DNA from: an uncultured Pseudomonadota bacterium
GTDB lineage: Bacteria > Vulcanimicrobiota > Vulcanimicrobiia > Eremiobacterales > Eremiobacteraceae
Assembly: GCA_963736005.1 (NCBI GenBank)
Contig: CAVTNB010000003.1
Location: 320,001 to 384,000, forward strand
Reading direction: 5' to 3'
DNA: 64,000 bases
The position numbers and the translations under genes were made by a program. Under the pieces are notes generated by a model that was given only the letters and a program-made list of their open reading frames with translations, was not told the origin of the DNA and ran no database searches. How positions within the stretch are numbered: the first letter of the stretch is position 1; each line of letters opens with the position of its first letter. Positions 27,505-37,854 of the stretch are shown piece by piece.

Positions 27505-28821
27505 TTATTGGAGGAAGGTTTGCTCGAACAGCGCGTTAACCCAGCCGAACTCTCGCCGGGTATAGCGGCGCGGATCGTTAACATCGAAGGACTCGTGGAG
27601 CGCGCCATCGCCCGCGTTTGAGAGCGCAAGCTCGCGCACGATCTGGTTCTTCTCCTCGGCTCCCGTGGCCGTGCGGTATTGGACGATGAGACTCATCGGC
27701 CACACATAGTTCCAGGGCGTGTGCGCGCTGCCGACGCCGCTTGCATAGCGGCCATGATAGTAATACGGATTACCCGGGCTAAGCACAAAGGCACGCGTCG
27801 CCGCATTCACGCGCTTATTGTAACCGTAGCCCAGCAGTGGCGCGGAGAGCAAGCTTGGCACATTTGCGTCGTCCATGAACTTCGCATGCCCCAAACCATC
27901 AATTTCGTAGGCATAAATCCAGCCATGCCGCGGCGACCAGAAGACCGCTCTGGCTTCAATCGCTTCCGAAATGCGTTCCGCTGCGATCAGCGCTTTGTGG
28001 GCGCTCGTCTCGTCGTTGTAACGATCGTGAAAAAGCGTTGCCATGTCACGCAGGGTGGTGGCCGCAAACATATTCTCGGGAATGTTGTAGTTGTAAGCCT
28101 GGGGATCGTCGCTAGGCCGGTAGGCGCTCCAGACAAGACCCGTGCCGTCCTTCGCTGCGTGCTCGTTGCGGTGATAGGTCGAGTGATCGTTGTGTTGTTG
28201 CTCGACGAGCAGCGTTTTCAAAATGATGTGCAGTTCAGCATAGAAGTGCGGGTCGTAAATCGATTCGTCGCCGGTCGTTCTCACGTACTGCTCCGCTAGC
28301 CTGACCGGATAGCAAAGCGAGTCGAGTTCGAACTTTCGCTCGGCGACTCCATAGTCGCGATGAAAGGCGTTCGCATACGGATCGATGGCAATGAGCCGTT
28401 CTTGCCGGGCGATAACGCCATGAATGAGCGTACGATCGTGAAGCATCGACATTGCTTGGACGCTCGAGTCGCGTAACCACATGGCATCGATGTCGCCCGT
28501 GCTGACGTACGTGGTGCTGTCAGATGTTCGAAAAAATAACGCGGCATTGACGTCGACCGCGTGAGGATAGATCGCTGCGATATCGGCAGCGCCGCCGGTG
28601 GACACGCACGAGAGCACGGCGAGGAGTGCTGCACCAAGCAACTGGACGACGACGCGGGCGGGCTTGCGAGCGGCAGGCTTACTGCCTGCCGCATAATGAT
28701 TCGGTTCTTGGCTGCTCGCGTCGGAAATAGTCACAGAATAGTTATCGTCGCTTGGGCGGCAAGTTTCAGCGACATCAAGCGGGCCATACGTCCACGACCG
28801 GAGAGTCCTCAACCACCGCAA
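27505..28821 (-). CDS. Glycoside hydrolase family 125 protein
   Basis: TGDIDAMWLRDS, ERKFELDSL, RPSDD, MDDANVPSLLS, HESF...TR..FGWVN. True start is probably downstream of 28821. Confidence 0.88.
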   Translation of the reverse strand: MRWLRTLRSWTYGPLDVAETCRPSDDNYSVTISDASSQEPNHYAAGSKPAARKPARVVVQLLGAALLAVLSCVSTGGAADIAAIYPHAVDVNAALFFRTSDSTTYVSTGDIDAMWLRDSSVQAMSMLHDRTLIHGVIARQERLIAIDPYANAFHRDYGVAERKFELDSLCYPVRLAEQYVRTTGDESIYDPHFYAELHIILKTLLVEQQHNDHSTYHRNEHAAKDGTGLVWSAYRPSDDPQAYNYNIPENMFAATTLRDMATLFHDRYNDETSAHKALIAAERISEAIEARAVFWSPRHGWIYAYEIDGLGHAKFMDDANVPSLLSAPLLGYGYNKRVNAATRAFVLSPGNPYYYHGRYASGVGSAHTPWNYVWPMSLIVQYRTATGAEEKNQIVRELALSNAGDGALHESFDVNDPRRYTRREFGWVNALFEQTFLQ

Positions 28822-29863
28822 CGTGCGCGATGGCGGCGCCTGGATACGCGAGAATGCCGTCCTCGAGCCCGATCACCCAAGAATCTGCTTGGACGCGAAC
28901 GAGGCCGTCGCCGATCGGTCGCCCCCACAGGTCGCGGAGGTTCGCCACCACTCCCTGCGCAGGTAACGTGTCGCCCGCTTGCACGCGATAATCAAGGATG
29001 CCGGCGGCCGGAGGATACGGCCCATCTTCACGGCGTAAGCGGTGCGCGGACTTGGGTCGGGGTAGCTCAGGCATCGGCTCTCGCTCTCCCGAGAGCATTC
29101 CGGCCCACCGCAGCAAGTTTCGCAAACCGATGACGGCGGCACGCGCGTTTCGCTCGTCAACAACGGTGTGCGGTCCAAGCTCCACCGTGAATGCCGGCAA
29201 CCGCAGTTCTTGTAACGCCGCTCCGGTGGTGGAGCGATGGAGTTCCCGAGCGATATATCCCCCCACGCGATATTCCATAACCACTGGAAAGCCGAACGCC
29301 GCCGCCATTTCGTCCAAGCGCTCCGATAAGGCGATCGCCGAAGCTTTCTCAGCCTCTTTGCGATACAACACGCGGTCGCGGATTGAGAAAGGGACCGAAA
29401 GTATCGATGCCGTGTGCAGATCCACATAATACGAAGCCGATTCCCGAATCGCTTCAAGCAGTCGAGCCGTCAATCGCTCGTAGACCGTCGGCTCGCGCGG
29501 TTCGCCCGTATCGCGACGCATGCCAGGAAAGGTTCGATTCGGATCGCGGTCATCGTAGTATGGATGGCGGCGGTGCGTGCGCAACCCAGACGGATTGAGC
29601 GTGGGCATGGCGACAATCGTTCCGCGCAACTCGTTGCACAACTGAGGCGTGAGCAAACGATGGATCACGGGAATCCCGCATACTTCGTTGCCGTGGATGT
29701 TGGCCGTCAGCCAAAAAACAGGCCCATCTTCTCTGCCTTGGGCTATGATCACGGCAAGCGAATCGCTGCCGCCTGTGGGGAGCGCCGGACCCTCGAAGAG
29801 CCCATAGCTCAATTGGCCTGGTTCGGCGTGGCAGGTTCCCACGGTCAACGCAGTCCGGGGCAC
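28775..29863 (-). CDS. Succinylglutamate desuccinylase/aspartoacylase family protein
   Basis: ANIHGNEVCG, DPNRTFPG, VDLHT, FTVELG; GAGGAG RBS before GTG 29863. Confidence 0.88.
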   Translation of the reverse strand: MPRTALTVGTCHAEPGQLSYGLFEGPALPTGGSDSLAVIIAQGREDGPVFWLTANIHGNEVCGIPVIHRLLTPQLCNELRGTIVAMPTLNPSGLRTHRRHPYYDDRDPNRTFPGMRRDTGEPREPTVYERLTARLLEAIRESASYYVDLHTASILSVPFSIRDRVLYRKEAEKASAIALSERLDEMAAAFGFPVVMEYRVGGYIARELHRSTTGAALQELRLPAFTVELGPHTVVDERNARAAVIGLRNLLRWAGMLSGEREPMPELPRPKSAHRLRREDGPYPPAAGILDYRVQAGDTLPAQGVVANLRDLWGRPIGDGLVRVQADSWVIGLEDGILAYPGAAIAHVAVVEDSPVVDVWPA

Positions 29864-29876
29864 GCTTGGTCTCCTC

Positions 29877-30329
29877 TTACGGGCCGACCCAGTGAACGAT
29901 GGCGACTTGCTCGTCATCGACTTCAACCGTCACGACCCCGGACGGGAATCGAATCTTGGTTGGGCGGCCTTCGTTCAATGTCACCGAGAGCATGGATCGC
30001 TCGATCCGCTCTCCTTGACGCGACGTTTCGCGGATGATGAGCGTGCGGCCGTCTTCGACGCCCATATAATCGTAGACAACGCTCTCGACAAACGGGGTTG
30101 TCATACGCGAGGTTGTGCTATCCATGCTGTCGGAGCGAACGTTTTCCCGCTCCTGCTGTAACTTGATGTCGATGTGCACCTCGGCAAAGAGTCGATCGCC
30201 GAGCGTCGCGCGATGGGCGCCGGCTTTTGGAAACGCGAGCGTCGGCTCCCATCTGGTCGTTCCTCGACTGCCGGTCGGCGCCGTTTCTTGCTGGCTGACT
30301 TCCGTTGTCCATCGTCTTGATCTGGGCAC
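29877..30329 (-). CDS. Hypothetical protein
   Basis: ORF fills the gap and is co-oriented with the downstream gene. Confidence 0.55.
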   Translation of the reverse strand: MPRSRRWTTEVSQQETAPTGSRGTTRWEPTLAFPKAGAHRATLGDRLFAEVHIDIKLQQERENVRSDSMDSTTSRMTTPFVESVVYDYMGVEDGRTLIIRETSRQGERIERSMLSVTLNEGRPTKIRFPSGVVTVEVDDEQVAIVHWVGP

Positions 30330-30413
30330 GGTACATCCCCTATTCCGTCAAGGTCACGCGAAAAGGTTGTATCCTTATAATCGGCATACATTTGCCTTAA
30401 CGGGAGACCATCT

Positions 30414-31685
30414 TTGCCTTTCCAACCCTCGTCCCTGCGCGACGGCATTTTTAACCGCACGCTCCGTGCGCTGCGGCACCGAAACTACCGGCTCTATTTT
30501 TCCGGACAAATCTTTTCCCTCATCGGTACCTGGATGCAGATTGTCGCAGTCGGCTGGCTCGTCGTCCGCATCACAAACTCGCCGTTCTTGCTCGGCGTGG
30601 TCACGGCGATGGAGACGTTACCCTCGCTCTTCTTTTCGCTGATTGCGGGCGCGGGCGCGGACCTGCTCGACAAACGCCGCGTCGCGATCGTGACCCAGAG
30701 CTTGTCCGCACTCCAGGCCTTGGCGCTGGGCGTCCTGGTTGTGACGGGCCGCGCGACCTTCTGGAACATCTTTTGGCTGGCGCTGGTTGCAGGTCTCATC
30801 AATGCACTGGATCTCCCCGTGCGGCAATCACTGATCTTCGATATTGTCGGCGCCGAGGACTTGCTCAATGCCTCCGCGCTCAACTCGGTGGTTTTCAACA
30901 TTGCGCGAATTGTCGGGCCGGCGATCGCGGCGCTCATTATCGAGCGAGCAGGTGAGGCGGCCAACTTCTTTGCCAATGCGGCGTCCTACATGTTCGTCGT
31001 GGCCGCGCTGACCGCCATGCGGACCGAGCCTCCCCAGGCCAGGGAAGGAGCTCATCTGGTCTTGCTGCGCCATGCGATGGATGGGGTGGCCGCAATCGCA
31101 CGCCACCCGCTGCTTTCGCGCATCTTTGTCGCGCTCATCGTCTACAGCATCTTTGGATTCAACTACGTGCTACTCATGCCCGTCATTGTGAAACTCGAAT
31201 TGCACCGAACTGCAGGCGCGCTTGGGTTGCTCTTGAGCAGTTTAGGGGCGGGGGCCCTGGCCGGTTCTTTAGCGCTCGCCGGGCGCGCGCGCAGCCGCTT
31301 TGAATCGCTCGTTGCGATGTCCTTTCTGTTCCCAGCTTCGGTCATTGCCTTCTCGCTTGCCAAGCAACTGGCGTTTGCAGCGATCCTTGTTGCCCTGCTG
31401 GGCTTTTGCATGGTGCAGTTTGTCGTTCGCCTGACCACGTTTTTGCAGACGGAGGCAGGGCCGCAGATTCGCGGGCGAGTTCTTGGACTTTACAACATGC
31501 TCATGATGGGGCTGGCACCACTTGGATCGCTGCAAGCCGGCGCGATTGCCGAGCGTTTCGGTGCGTCTGTCGCCCTGGGGGTCGGCGCGGACGTCTGCCT
31601 GATCGCGTCTTTTTGGTTATGGATGGGCAGGCCGAAAAAGCTCGCGGTGAGTGAAAGCGAAGCGTTGCCACTCGCCGCCCGCTAG
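30414..31685 (+). CDS. MFS transporter (MFS_3-like)
   Basis: ALRHRNYRLYFSGQ.FSLIGTWMQ.VA.GWLV; LNS..FN.ARIVGPA. Confidence 0.9.
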   Translation: MPFQPSSLRDGIFNRTLRALRHRNYRLYFSGQIFSLIGTWMQIVAVGWLVVRITNSPFLLGVVTAMETLPSLFFSLIAGAGADLLDKRRVAIVTQSLSALQALALGVLVVTGRATFWNIFWLALVAGLINALDLPVRQSLIFDIVGAEDLLNASALNSVVFNIARIVGPAIAALIIERAGEAANFFANAASYMFVVAALTAMRTEPPQAREGAHLVLLRHAMDGVAAIARHPLLSRIFVALIVYSIFGFNYVLLMPVIVKLELHRTAGALGLLLSSLGAGALAGSLALAGRARSRFESLVAMSFLFPASVIAFSLAKQLAFAAILVALLGFCMVQFVVRLTTFLQTEAGPQIRGRVLGLYNMLMMGLAPLGSLQAGAIAERFGASVALGVGADVCLIASFWLWMGRPKKLAVSESEALPLAAR

Positions 31686-31692
31686 GTAAGCC

Positions 31693-32895
31693 TTAGGCCG
31701 GTTGGGCGAGGGGCGCCAACAATCGCTCGATGCGGTCGAAACCTTCGCGTAACTTTTCCATTGACGCGGCGTACGAAATCCTCACGTGGTTGGGCGAGCC
31801 AAACGCGCTGCCTGGAACGATCGCAACTCGCGCTACGTCAAGTAAAGCCATGCAGACATCATCACCACCGTTGATCACCCGATCGCCAATCGTCTTGCCG
31901 AAAAGCGCCCCTACGTTGGGGAAGACGTAGAACGCGCCCCGCGGCGTGACTTCCAAATCCAGACCCGGAATGGAGCGAACGCGGTCTATCGCATAGCGGC
32001 GGCGTTCGTCGAATTTTTCGCGCATCGCGCGGACTGGCGCCTGATCGCCGCGCAGGCCAGCCAGCGCTGCTTTCTGGGTGATTGAGGAAGGTCCGGACGT
32101 CGAGTGGCTTTGCAGTTCGGACATCGCCTTAGCGAGGGGTCTGGGAGACGCCGTATATCCAAGCCGCCAGCCCGTCATGGCAAATGCCTTCGAAAAACCG
32201 TTGACCGTCACCGTGCGGTCGCGCAAGTCAGGGCTAAGTGCCGCGATGCTGATTGCTTGGGCTCCGTCGTAGGTGAGCCGCTCGTAGATCTCGTCGCTGA
32301 TGATGGTCAGGTTGTGCCGGGCGGCCGTGTCAGCAATCGCCTGGAGGTGCTCGCGCGCGTACACAACGCCCGTCGGATTGCTTGGGTTGCAAATGGCAAT
32401 CGCCTTGGTCCTGCCGGTGATCGCGTTGTCGATCATCGATGGCTGCAGTTCGAAGGACGTGCTTGCATCGGTGTTGATGATAACCGGCGTTCCGCCAGAG
32501 ATTTTTACCATCTCCGGGTAGCTCACCCAATATGGCGCTTGAATGATGACTTCGTCACCAGGGTCGAGCAACACCATGAAGATGTTGAAGAGCGACTGCT
32601 TCGCGCCGTTGGAAACGACAATCTCATCGGCCGCGTACTCCAGGTTGTTCTCGCGCCGGAGCTTATCTACGATAGCCTCGCGCAACTCGACGATGCCAGC
32701 AGCCGCAGTGTACTTTGTAAAGTTTTCATTGATCGCCGCGATGCCACCGCTCTTTGCCGTCTCTGGAGTGTTCAGATCGGGTTCGCCGACGCTGAGGTTG
32801 ACGACATCGACTCCCTCGGCGGCGAGCTTCTTGGCACGTCCGTCAATAGCCATCGTGGGCGAAGGAGAGAGATTCTTCGCGCGTTGATTCAGCAT
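31693..32895 (-). CDS. PLP-dependent aminotransferase class I (aspartate aminotransferase-like)
   Basis: GEPD, NPSNPTG, SDEIY, NGFSKAFAMTGWRLGY. Confidence 0.93.
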   Translation of the reverse strand: MLNQRAKNLSPSPTMAIDGRAKKLAAEGVDVVNLSVGEPDLNTPETAKSGGIAAINENFTKYTAAAGIVELREAIVDKLRRENNLEYAADEIVVSNGAKQSLFNIFMVLLDPGDEVIIQAPYWVSYPEMVKISGGTPVIINTDASTSFELQPSMIDNAITGRTKAIAICNPSNPTGVVYAREHLQAIADTAARHNLTIISDEIYERLTYDGAQAISIAALSPDLRDRTVTVNGFSKAFAMTGWRLGYTASPRPLAKAMSELQSHSTSGPSSITQKAALAGLRGDQAPVRAMREKFDERRRYAIDRVRSIPGLDLEVTPRGAFYVFPNVGALFGKTIGDRVINGGDDVCMALLDVARVAIVPGSAFGSPNHVRISYAASMEKLREGFDRIERLLAPLAQPA

Positions 32896-32938
32896 GCCGG
32901 TATTTTATGCGTGCGCAGCAACGGACCTTTAGGCCCGC

Positions 32939-33718
32939 TTAGATTGGTGGAAGCGCTTCTCCGAAGCGATAGACGGCGCTGCGTACCGTGTCGCCGTTGA
33001 GGCGGACGATGCGAACGCCCGGGGCACGATCGTCCTTGCCGAAGCGCGGCGAGTTGGGCTTGAATTGAAAAAACGTCGAGGGCGCGCTCAAGTACTGCGC
33101 CCCGTTCCGACGGGTCTCGAAGACTTGATGGATGTGCCCGAAGAGCACAGCGTGGACCTGCGACGATGTTTCGAGGATTGCGGTAAGAGCGTTAGCATCG
33201 GCAATCGTCATCGGGTCGAGCCACGCCGAGCCGACCGGTACGGGGTTGTGATGCACGACGATTATGGTTGGCGTGTTCGGCTGGGTCGCAAGCGTCGCCC
33301 GCAACCACGCGCGCTGAGCGTCACCGAGTTCGCCACCGTCCTCGCCTGGCACGGAGCTGTCAAGGAGCACGAAGCGCCAACCCAAGGCTTCAAAGACCTG
33401 CGTCAGTTTCTCGCGTGGCGGGAGCTCTTTCCCTAGAAATATGCGGGCCATCGACCCGACATCGTCGTGATTGCCGGGCACGTAATACACGGGTACGCTG
33501 AAGCGTTGCAGTTTTTCCCCGAGTCGCAGGTACGAATCGGTCGACCCATCGCTCGAGCAATCGCCTGTCACCAAAAAGAACGCGGGGGAACCGAGTTTGT
33601 CGAGCTCTTCGAGGGCGCGGTCGAGCATCGGATCAGGAGCCACATCCCACAGCTTGGTGGATGGGTCGCGGAAGAGATGCGTGTCAGAAAGCTGGACAAA
33701 AAACGGCTCGCGAACCAA
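32939..33718 (-). CDS. cpdA: 3',5'-cyclic nucleotide phosphodiesterase (CpdA/Icc-like metallophosphoesterase)
   Basis: QLSDTHL, TGD, PGNHD, HHNP, GHIH, PST..QFKP; TTG start after AGGAGG. Confidence 0.8.
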   Translation of the reverse strand: MVREPFFVQLSDTHLFRDPSTKLWDVAPDPMLDRALEELDKLGSPAFFLVTGDCSSDGSTDSYLRLGEKLQRFSVPVYYVPGNHDDVGSMARIFLGKELPPREKLTQVFEALGWRFVLLDSSVPGEDGGELGDAQRAWLRATLATQPNTPTIIVVHHNPVPVGSAWLDPMTIADANALTAILETSSQVHAVLFGHIHQVFETRRNGAQYLSAPSTFFQFKPNSPRFGKDDRAPGVRIVRLNGDTVRSAVYRFGEALPPI

Positions 33719-34274
33719 TGCTCTGTTGTTCCTCCTTACCGCCGGTTTCGGCGCATGCTCTCGTATGACTGGCGAGCTCGACAAAGCAACACGTGATGCC
33801 AGACACCTTCTGCCCTGACGAAATGGCCCCTGTGCTCGCAACGTGCGCTGAAAGTAATAACAGGCGCAATGCCACGAGCTGCGCGCGACGTGAAAATTGC
33901 GCGCACCACGTGCGAAGGTTCTCGCCTCGCTCTTGTTGATGCGGGTGTCGAGAGATCCGTGAAAAGCACGAAGAGTTTGATGGTCGAGTCAGCGTCGCCG
34001 TGGTCACGAGAGCATTCCCCACGTGCCACGAAAATCGAAGTGCTCCATGCCGAAGCTGGCGGCTCGAGCAGACGATGGGATAGGAGCAGGCAATTAGCCC
34101 GCGTGTATCCGCGTGAGTGCGGGCCTGGATATACCTCGTCGGGCTTTCGTCCTGGAAAAAGGGACAAATCGGCGCGGGGGAGCGTGCCATTGATGCTTCG
34201 AAAAGGTCCGAGCGGACCTACCACGCTCGCATGGCGCGCGCGTCCGGCTACGGCGGTTGTGATGGGAGGTGTTC

Positions 34275-34667
34275 GTGAGCAAACCAATCGAGCCCGAGCA
34301 CGTCATTCTGGAATTTTTTACGACGTGCTCGTTTCATTCTGATTCTGAACCGGCTGCGCAGCCAACCCCACTCTTTGTGTTAGGATTTCGAGAAGGCGGC
34401 GAGCCGGTTTTCGTTTGGTTAGTGAACAAGGATCGTTTTGACGGATCAACTTTAACCCACGATGCCTATTGGCTGCATGCACTCTCCAATTTGGAAGGCT
34501 ACTTTATGAAGAAGCTTTCGAAGTGCGTGGCGGAGGAAGGGTGCGTTCGCGGCGGCATCGAGCTGTTGGTTTCAACGTATCAGAAGCAGCTGCGTTTCTC
34601 ACCACTGACGCCCGTGGCAGATCATCCATTCGGGTTGCGCAAGTCCAAAGAGCTCGCAACTGTCTAA
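34275..34667 (+). CDS. Hypothetical protein
   Basis: GGGAGG RBS before GTG; about 130 aa. Confidence 0.6.
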   Translation: MSKPIEPEHVILEFFTTCSFHSDSEPAAQPTPLFVLGFREGGEPVFVWLVNKDRFDGSTLTHDAYWLHALSNLEGYFMKKLSKCVAEEGCVRGGIELLVSTYQKQLRFSPLTPVADHPFGLRKSKELATV

Positions 34668-34699
34668 TGTAGATACGCGAATTCATTCGTGCACGTACC

Positions 34700-34783
34700 G
34701 GGCGACTGACAAGTCGCCCTTTTCTTTATGATGTGGTCGCGCGAATTCATTCGCGCTCCTCGGGGGCGACTGACAAGTCGCCC
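34700..34783. repeat. REP family 4 (GGGCGAC(T)TGACA(A)GTCGCCC), interleaved with family 2
   Basis: Copies at 34700 and 34764; related copies at 45045 and 51666. Confidence 0.75.
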
Positions 34784-34800
34784 TTGAAGTACCTAACAAT

Positions 34801-35922
34801 ATGGCTCGCACGCATACAACTGCCCCGGCGCGCGAACGCGTCATCCTGGCGGGAGTCGACACAGGCGACGATCGGGGACTCTTTGCTATTGAGATGGATG
34901 AACTTGACGCCTTGGCGCGGGCCGCCGGCGGCGAGGTCGTCGCCCGCCTCGAGCAGCGCCGGCCCGCCGTGGACCCTGCGACCATGCTCGGCCGCGGCAA
35001 GGTCGACGAACTTGTCGGTTTGGTCAACGAAACAGGCGCGAGCCTTGTGGTGACGCTCAATCCCCTGCGTCCGAGGCAGCGCGCCGCCATCGAGCGGGCT
35101 CTGGGCGGCGTGATGGTCATGGATCGCTCGGTGCTCATCCTGGATATTTTTGCGAGTCACGCTCGCACAAGCGAGGGTAAGCTGCAAGTTGAGCTTGCTC
35201 AGCTGCGCCATCGCGCTGCGAATCTCATCGGATCGCGTGAGGAGCTGTCGCGCCTGGGCGGTGGCATCGGCACACGTGGCCCCGGTGAAACCAAACTCGA
35301 AGTCGATCGACGGCGCATTCGCTTGCGCCTCTCCCATCTCGAGGGCGAGTTAGATAACGTTCGCAAGCGCAGAGCCGAGCAACGTCGCAGCCGACAAGGA
35401 ACGCCGGTTGTCGCACTGGTCGGATATACCAACGCCGGCAAGTCGTCGCTCCTCAACGCACTGTCTGGCACCAACGTGCTGGTGGCCGATCAGCCCTTTG
35501 CGACGCTCGACCCCACGCTTCGCAAGATTCGTTTGCCCGATGGAGCTTTTGCGATCCTTGCGGATACGGTCGGTTTTATCAGCGACTTACCCAAAGAATT
35601 GGTTGCGGCATTTCGCGCGACGCTGGAAGAGGTAACGAGCGCCGCATTGTTGCTGCATGTGATCGATGCGAGCAACCCATATTGGCAACGCCAGCGCGAT
35701 TCAGTCGACGTGGTGTTGCGCGAGATCGGCGCAGCGGGCAAGCCCACTATCTACGTGTGGAACAAGATCGACGCGGCCTCTTACGAGGGCCCGGGTACCG
35801 ATTTAGGCGATGCCGGAGTCTTAGTATCAGCAAAAACAGGGGCTGGGCTCGACGGGTTGCGCTCCGCGATTGTTGCGCGATTAAGCTCCTCAACGCCATC
35901 GACCTCATCGTCAGTCGACTGA
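34801..35922 (+). CDS. hflX: GTPase HflX
   Basis: EGKLQVELAQL, GGGIGTRGPGETKLEVDRR, VGYTNAGKSSL, FATLDPT, DTVGF, NKID. Confidence 0.96.
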   Translation: MARTHTTAPARERVILAGVDTGDDRGLFAIEMDELDALARAAGGEVVARLEQRRPAVDPATMLGRGKVDELVGLVNETGASLVVTLNPLRPRQRAAIERALGGVMVMDRSVLILDIFASHARTSEGKLQVELAQLRHRAANLIGSREELSRLGGGIGTRGPGETKLEVDRRRIRLRLSHLEGELDNVRKRRAEQRRSRQGTPVVALVGYTNAGKSSLLNALSGTNVLVADQPFATLDPTLRKIRLPDGAFAILADTVGFISDLPKELVAAFRATLEEVTSAALLLHVIDASNPYWQRQRDSVDVVLREIGAAGKPTIYVWNKIDAASYEGPGTDLGDAGVLVSAKTGAGLDGLRSAIVARLSSSTPSTSSSVD

Positions 35923-37238
35923 TCTTCAGGCGGAAAGAGGCGGTCGCCCACGATCTCGGGCGCTTGAAGCGATCGCGGCACTCGCTCGATCTGAGGCAGG
36001 GCTCTTAGTTCGGAATCGCTGCCCACCGCTTTGAGATCGCGGAACTTTCGGGCGCTCACCAAGACTCGGCTTTCGAGGGTGCCGACTGCCTTGTTGTAAA
36101 AGTCAACCGAAGCTCGCAAACTGCTGCCTAGCTTTGTGAAGTGTTCGGATAGATCGCTGAGTCGCTTGTATAAGTCGCGACCCAAATTACCGATTTCCTT
36201 GGCTTCTTGGGCGATTGCTTCTTGTCTCCAGCCATAGTAGATGGCGCGCAGCAAGCCGATCAGCGTGGTGGGCGTCGCGAGAATGATATTTTGGTCGCTT
36301 CCCGCTTCGATGAGTGATGGATCGGCCTCGAGTGCGGCACTAAAGAACATCTCACCCGGCAGGAACATGATGACGAGTTCGGGCGCCTCGCCAAGTTGAG
36401 TCCAGTATGCCTTTTTGGCAAGGTTGTTGATGTGCGTGCGAACCTTCTGGGCATAGGCTTGAAGAAGGCTGCGTCGTGCCTCGTTGTCTTCCGCTTTGAG
36501 CGCCTCGAAATACGAGGCGATCGGAGCCTTCGCATCCACAAAGATGCTCTTGTTGCCTGGAAGTCGGACGCGCACGTCGGGCCGCAATCGGCCGTCTTCA
36601 CTTTCGACGGTTTCTTGCTCGTAGAAATCGCAGTGGGCTAGCATGCCCGCCATTTCGACGACCCGGCGAAGTTGAATTTCGCCCCATCGGCCTCGCACGG
36701 TGGGCGAGCTGAGCGCACGTACGAGGTTCGACGTTTCCGACCGCAAAGCGGTCTGCCCCTCAGCGAGCGCCTTTACTTGCTCGCTCAACGCCGTGTACGC
36801 GCCGACGCGGTTTTTTTCGAGTTCCCCGATCTTAGCGTCGACTTTTTCGAGCGCTTCTCGAACTGGTGTTATCGTCTGATCGATTGCTTGCTGACGTTTG
36901 TCAAGATCGCTGGTTGCTGCTTGCTGGTATTTTTCAAGCGTCTGTTTGGCCAGGTCCAGAAACGATTGGTTGTTGGTTTGCAACGCTTGCGCTGAGAGCG
37001 CCGCGAAGGCGTTCGAAAGCCTTTGCTGCGCTTCGTCGAGCAGGGCGAGCTTCTCACCGGAAGCTTTTTTCTCGGCAGCGAGCTGCGCTTCCAAACGGGC
37101 GCGCGCAGATATGGCTTCAGTCAACTCCGTTTGCAGCTTGTCGAGGTTGCGCGTGTCGCCGGCGCGGCTCAGCCAAATGGCGAGCGCACCGATCGCAATC
37201 CCCAGCACGAAGAGCGCAATGGGGAAAAATTCGTTCAT
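35781..37238 (-). CDS. rmuC: DNA recombination protein RmuC
   Basis: N-terminal TM and coiled coil; RGRWGEIQL, RPDV.V.LP, VDAK.P, MFLPGE, ATPTTL. Confidence 0.93.
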   Translation of the reverse strand: MNEFFPIALFVLGIAIGALAIWLSRAGDTRNLDKLQTELTEAISARARLEAQLAAEKKASGEKLALLDEAQQRLSNAFAALSAQALQTNNQSFLDLAKQTLEKYQQAATSDLDKRQQAIDQTITPVREALEKVDAKIGELEKNRVGAYTALSEQVKALAEGQTALRSETSNLVRALSSPTVRGRWGEIQLRRVVEMAGMLAHCDFYEQETVESEDGRLRPDVRVRLPGNKSIFVDAKAPIASYFEALKAEDNEARRSLLQAYAQKVRTHINNLAKKAYWTQLGEAPELVIMFLPGEMFFSAALEADPSLIEAGSDQNIILATPTTLIGLLRAIYYGWRQEAIAQEAKEIGNLGRDLYKRLSDLSEHFTKLGSSLRASVDFYNKAVGTLESRVLVSARKFRDLKAVGSDSELRALPQIERVPRSLQAPEIVGDRLFPPEDQSTDDEVDGVEELNRATIAERNPSSPAPVFADTKTPASPKSVPGPS

Positions 37239-37807
37239 CGGTGGGTGGTTCGCGCTTGCTTCTCGGAACGCTTTTTGGCTCGGGGAGTTGGTGACGCGAG
37301 CCTCACACCCTCTTGCTCGAGCAATGCGCGCTTTCGCGCTTGACCGACTGCTCCGTTGCCGTACGATCCAATGCTGCCATCTGCATGGATGACGCGATGG
37401 CACGGAACGAGAAGCCACAGCGGATTTCGGGCCATGGTGGTTGCCGCAGCTCTGACGGCAAGCGGCCTCCTTGCCTCGCGGGCAAGCCAACTGTACGAGC
37501 GCGTCTGGCCGTAGGGAATGCGACGGGTTGCTTCAAGCACGTCACGTTCGAAGTCTCTAGCCCACGCGAGGTCGACGGGCACTTCTTCTGCCTTCCCTTT
37601 TGTCGCAAGAACGAGAAACTGTCGGAACACGGGCGGCGGCGATGCTTCCACGAGGTCCATTTTGACGCGGCGTTTGAGGTCGCGTTTCGTTGTGAGCGTT
37701 TCTCGCTCCACGGCGGCGATGCCCGAGTTCGTCCAGGCAATGCGAAGCCGATCTTTTCCAATTGTGACGACTGCCGTTTTGCAGGCGGGGCGGAATCGTT
37801 TTTTCAT
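37235..37807 (-). CDS. ogt: Methylated-DNA--protein-cysteine methyltransferase
   Basis: IPYGQTRSY, AVRAA, NP...VPCHRV active site. Confidence 0.9.
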   Translation of the reverse strand: MKKRFRPACKTAVVTIGKDRLRIAWTNSGIAAVERETLTTKRDLKRRVKMDLVEASPPPVFRQFLVLATKGKAEEVPVDLAWARDFERDVLEATRRIPYGQTRSYSWLAREARRPLAVRAAATTMARNPLWLLVPCHRVIHADGSIGSYGNGAVGQARKRALLEQEGVRLASPTPRAKKRSEKQARTTHR

Positions 37808-37814
37808 CTGCGTT

Positions 37815-37841
37815 GGGGCGATTTTCCAATCGCCCCCTACA
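37815..37841. repeat. REP family 3 (GGGGCGATTTTCCAATCGCCCCCTACA)
   Basis: Copies at 37815, 40364 and 51791. Confidence 0.8.
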
Positions 37842-37854
37842 TTTCTCTAGGGCG

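Noticed and set aside
33684..34342. Overlapping 157-183 aa ORFs upstream of cpdA
   Set aside because: Arg/Ser/Cys-rich compositions, no clear RBS and no family motifs.
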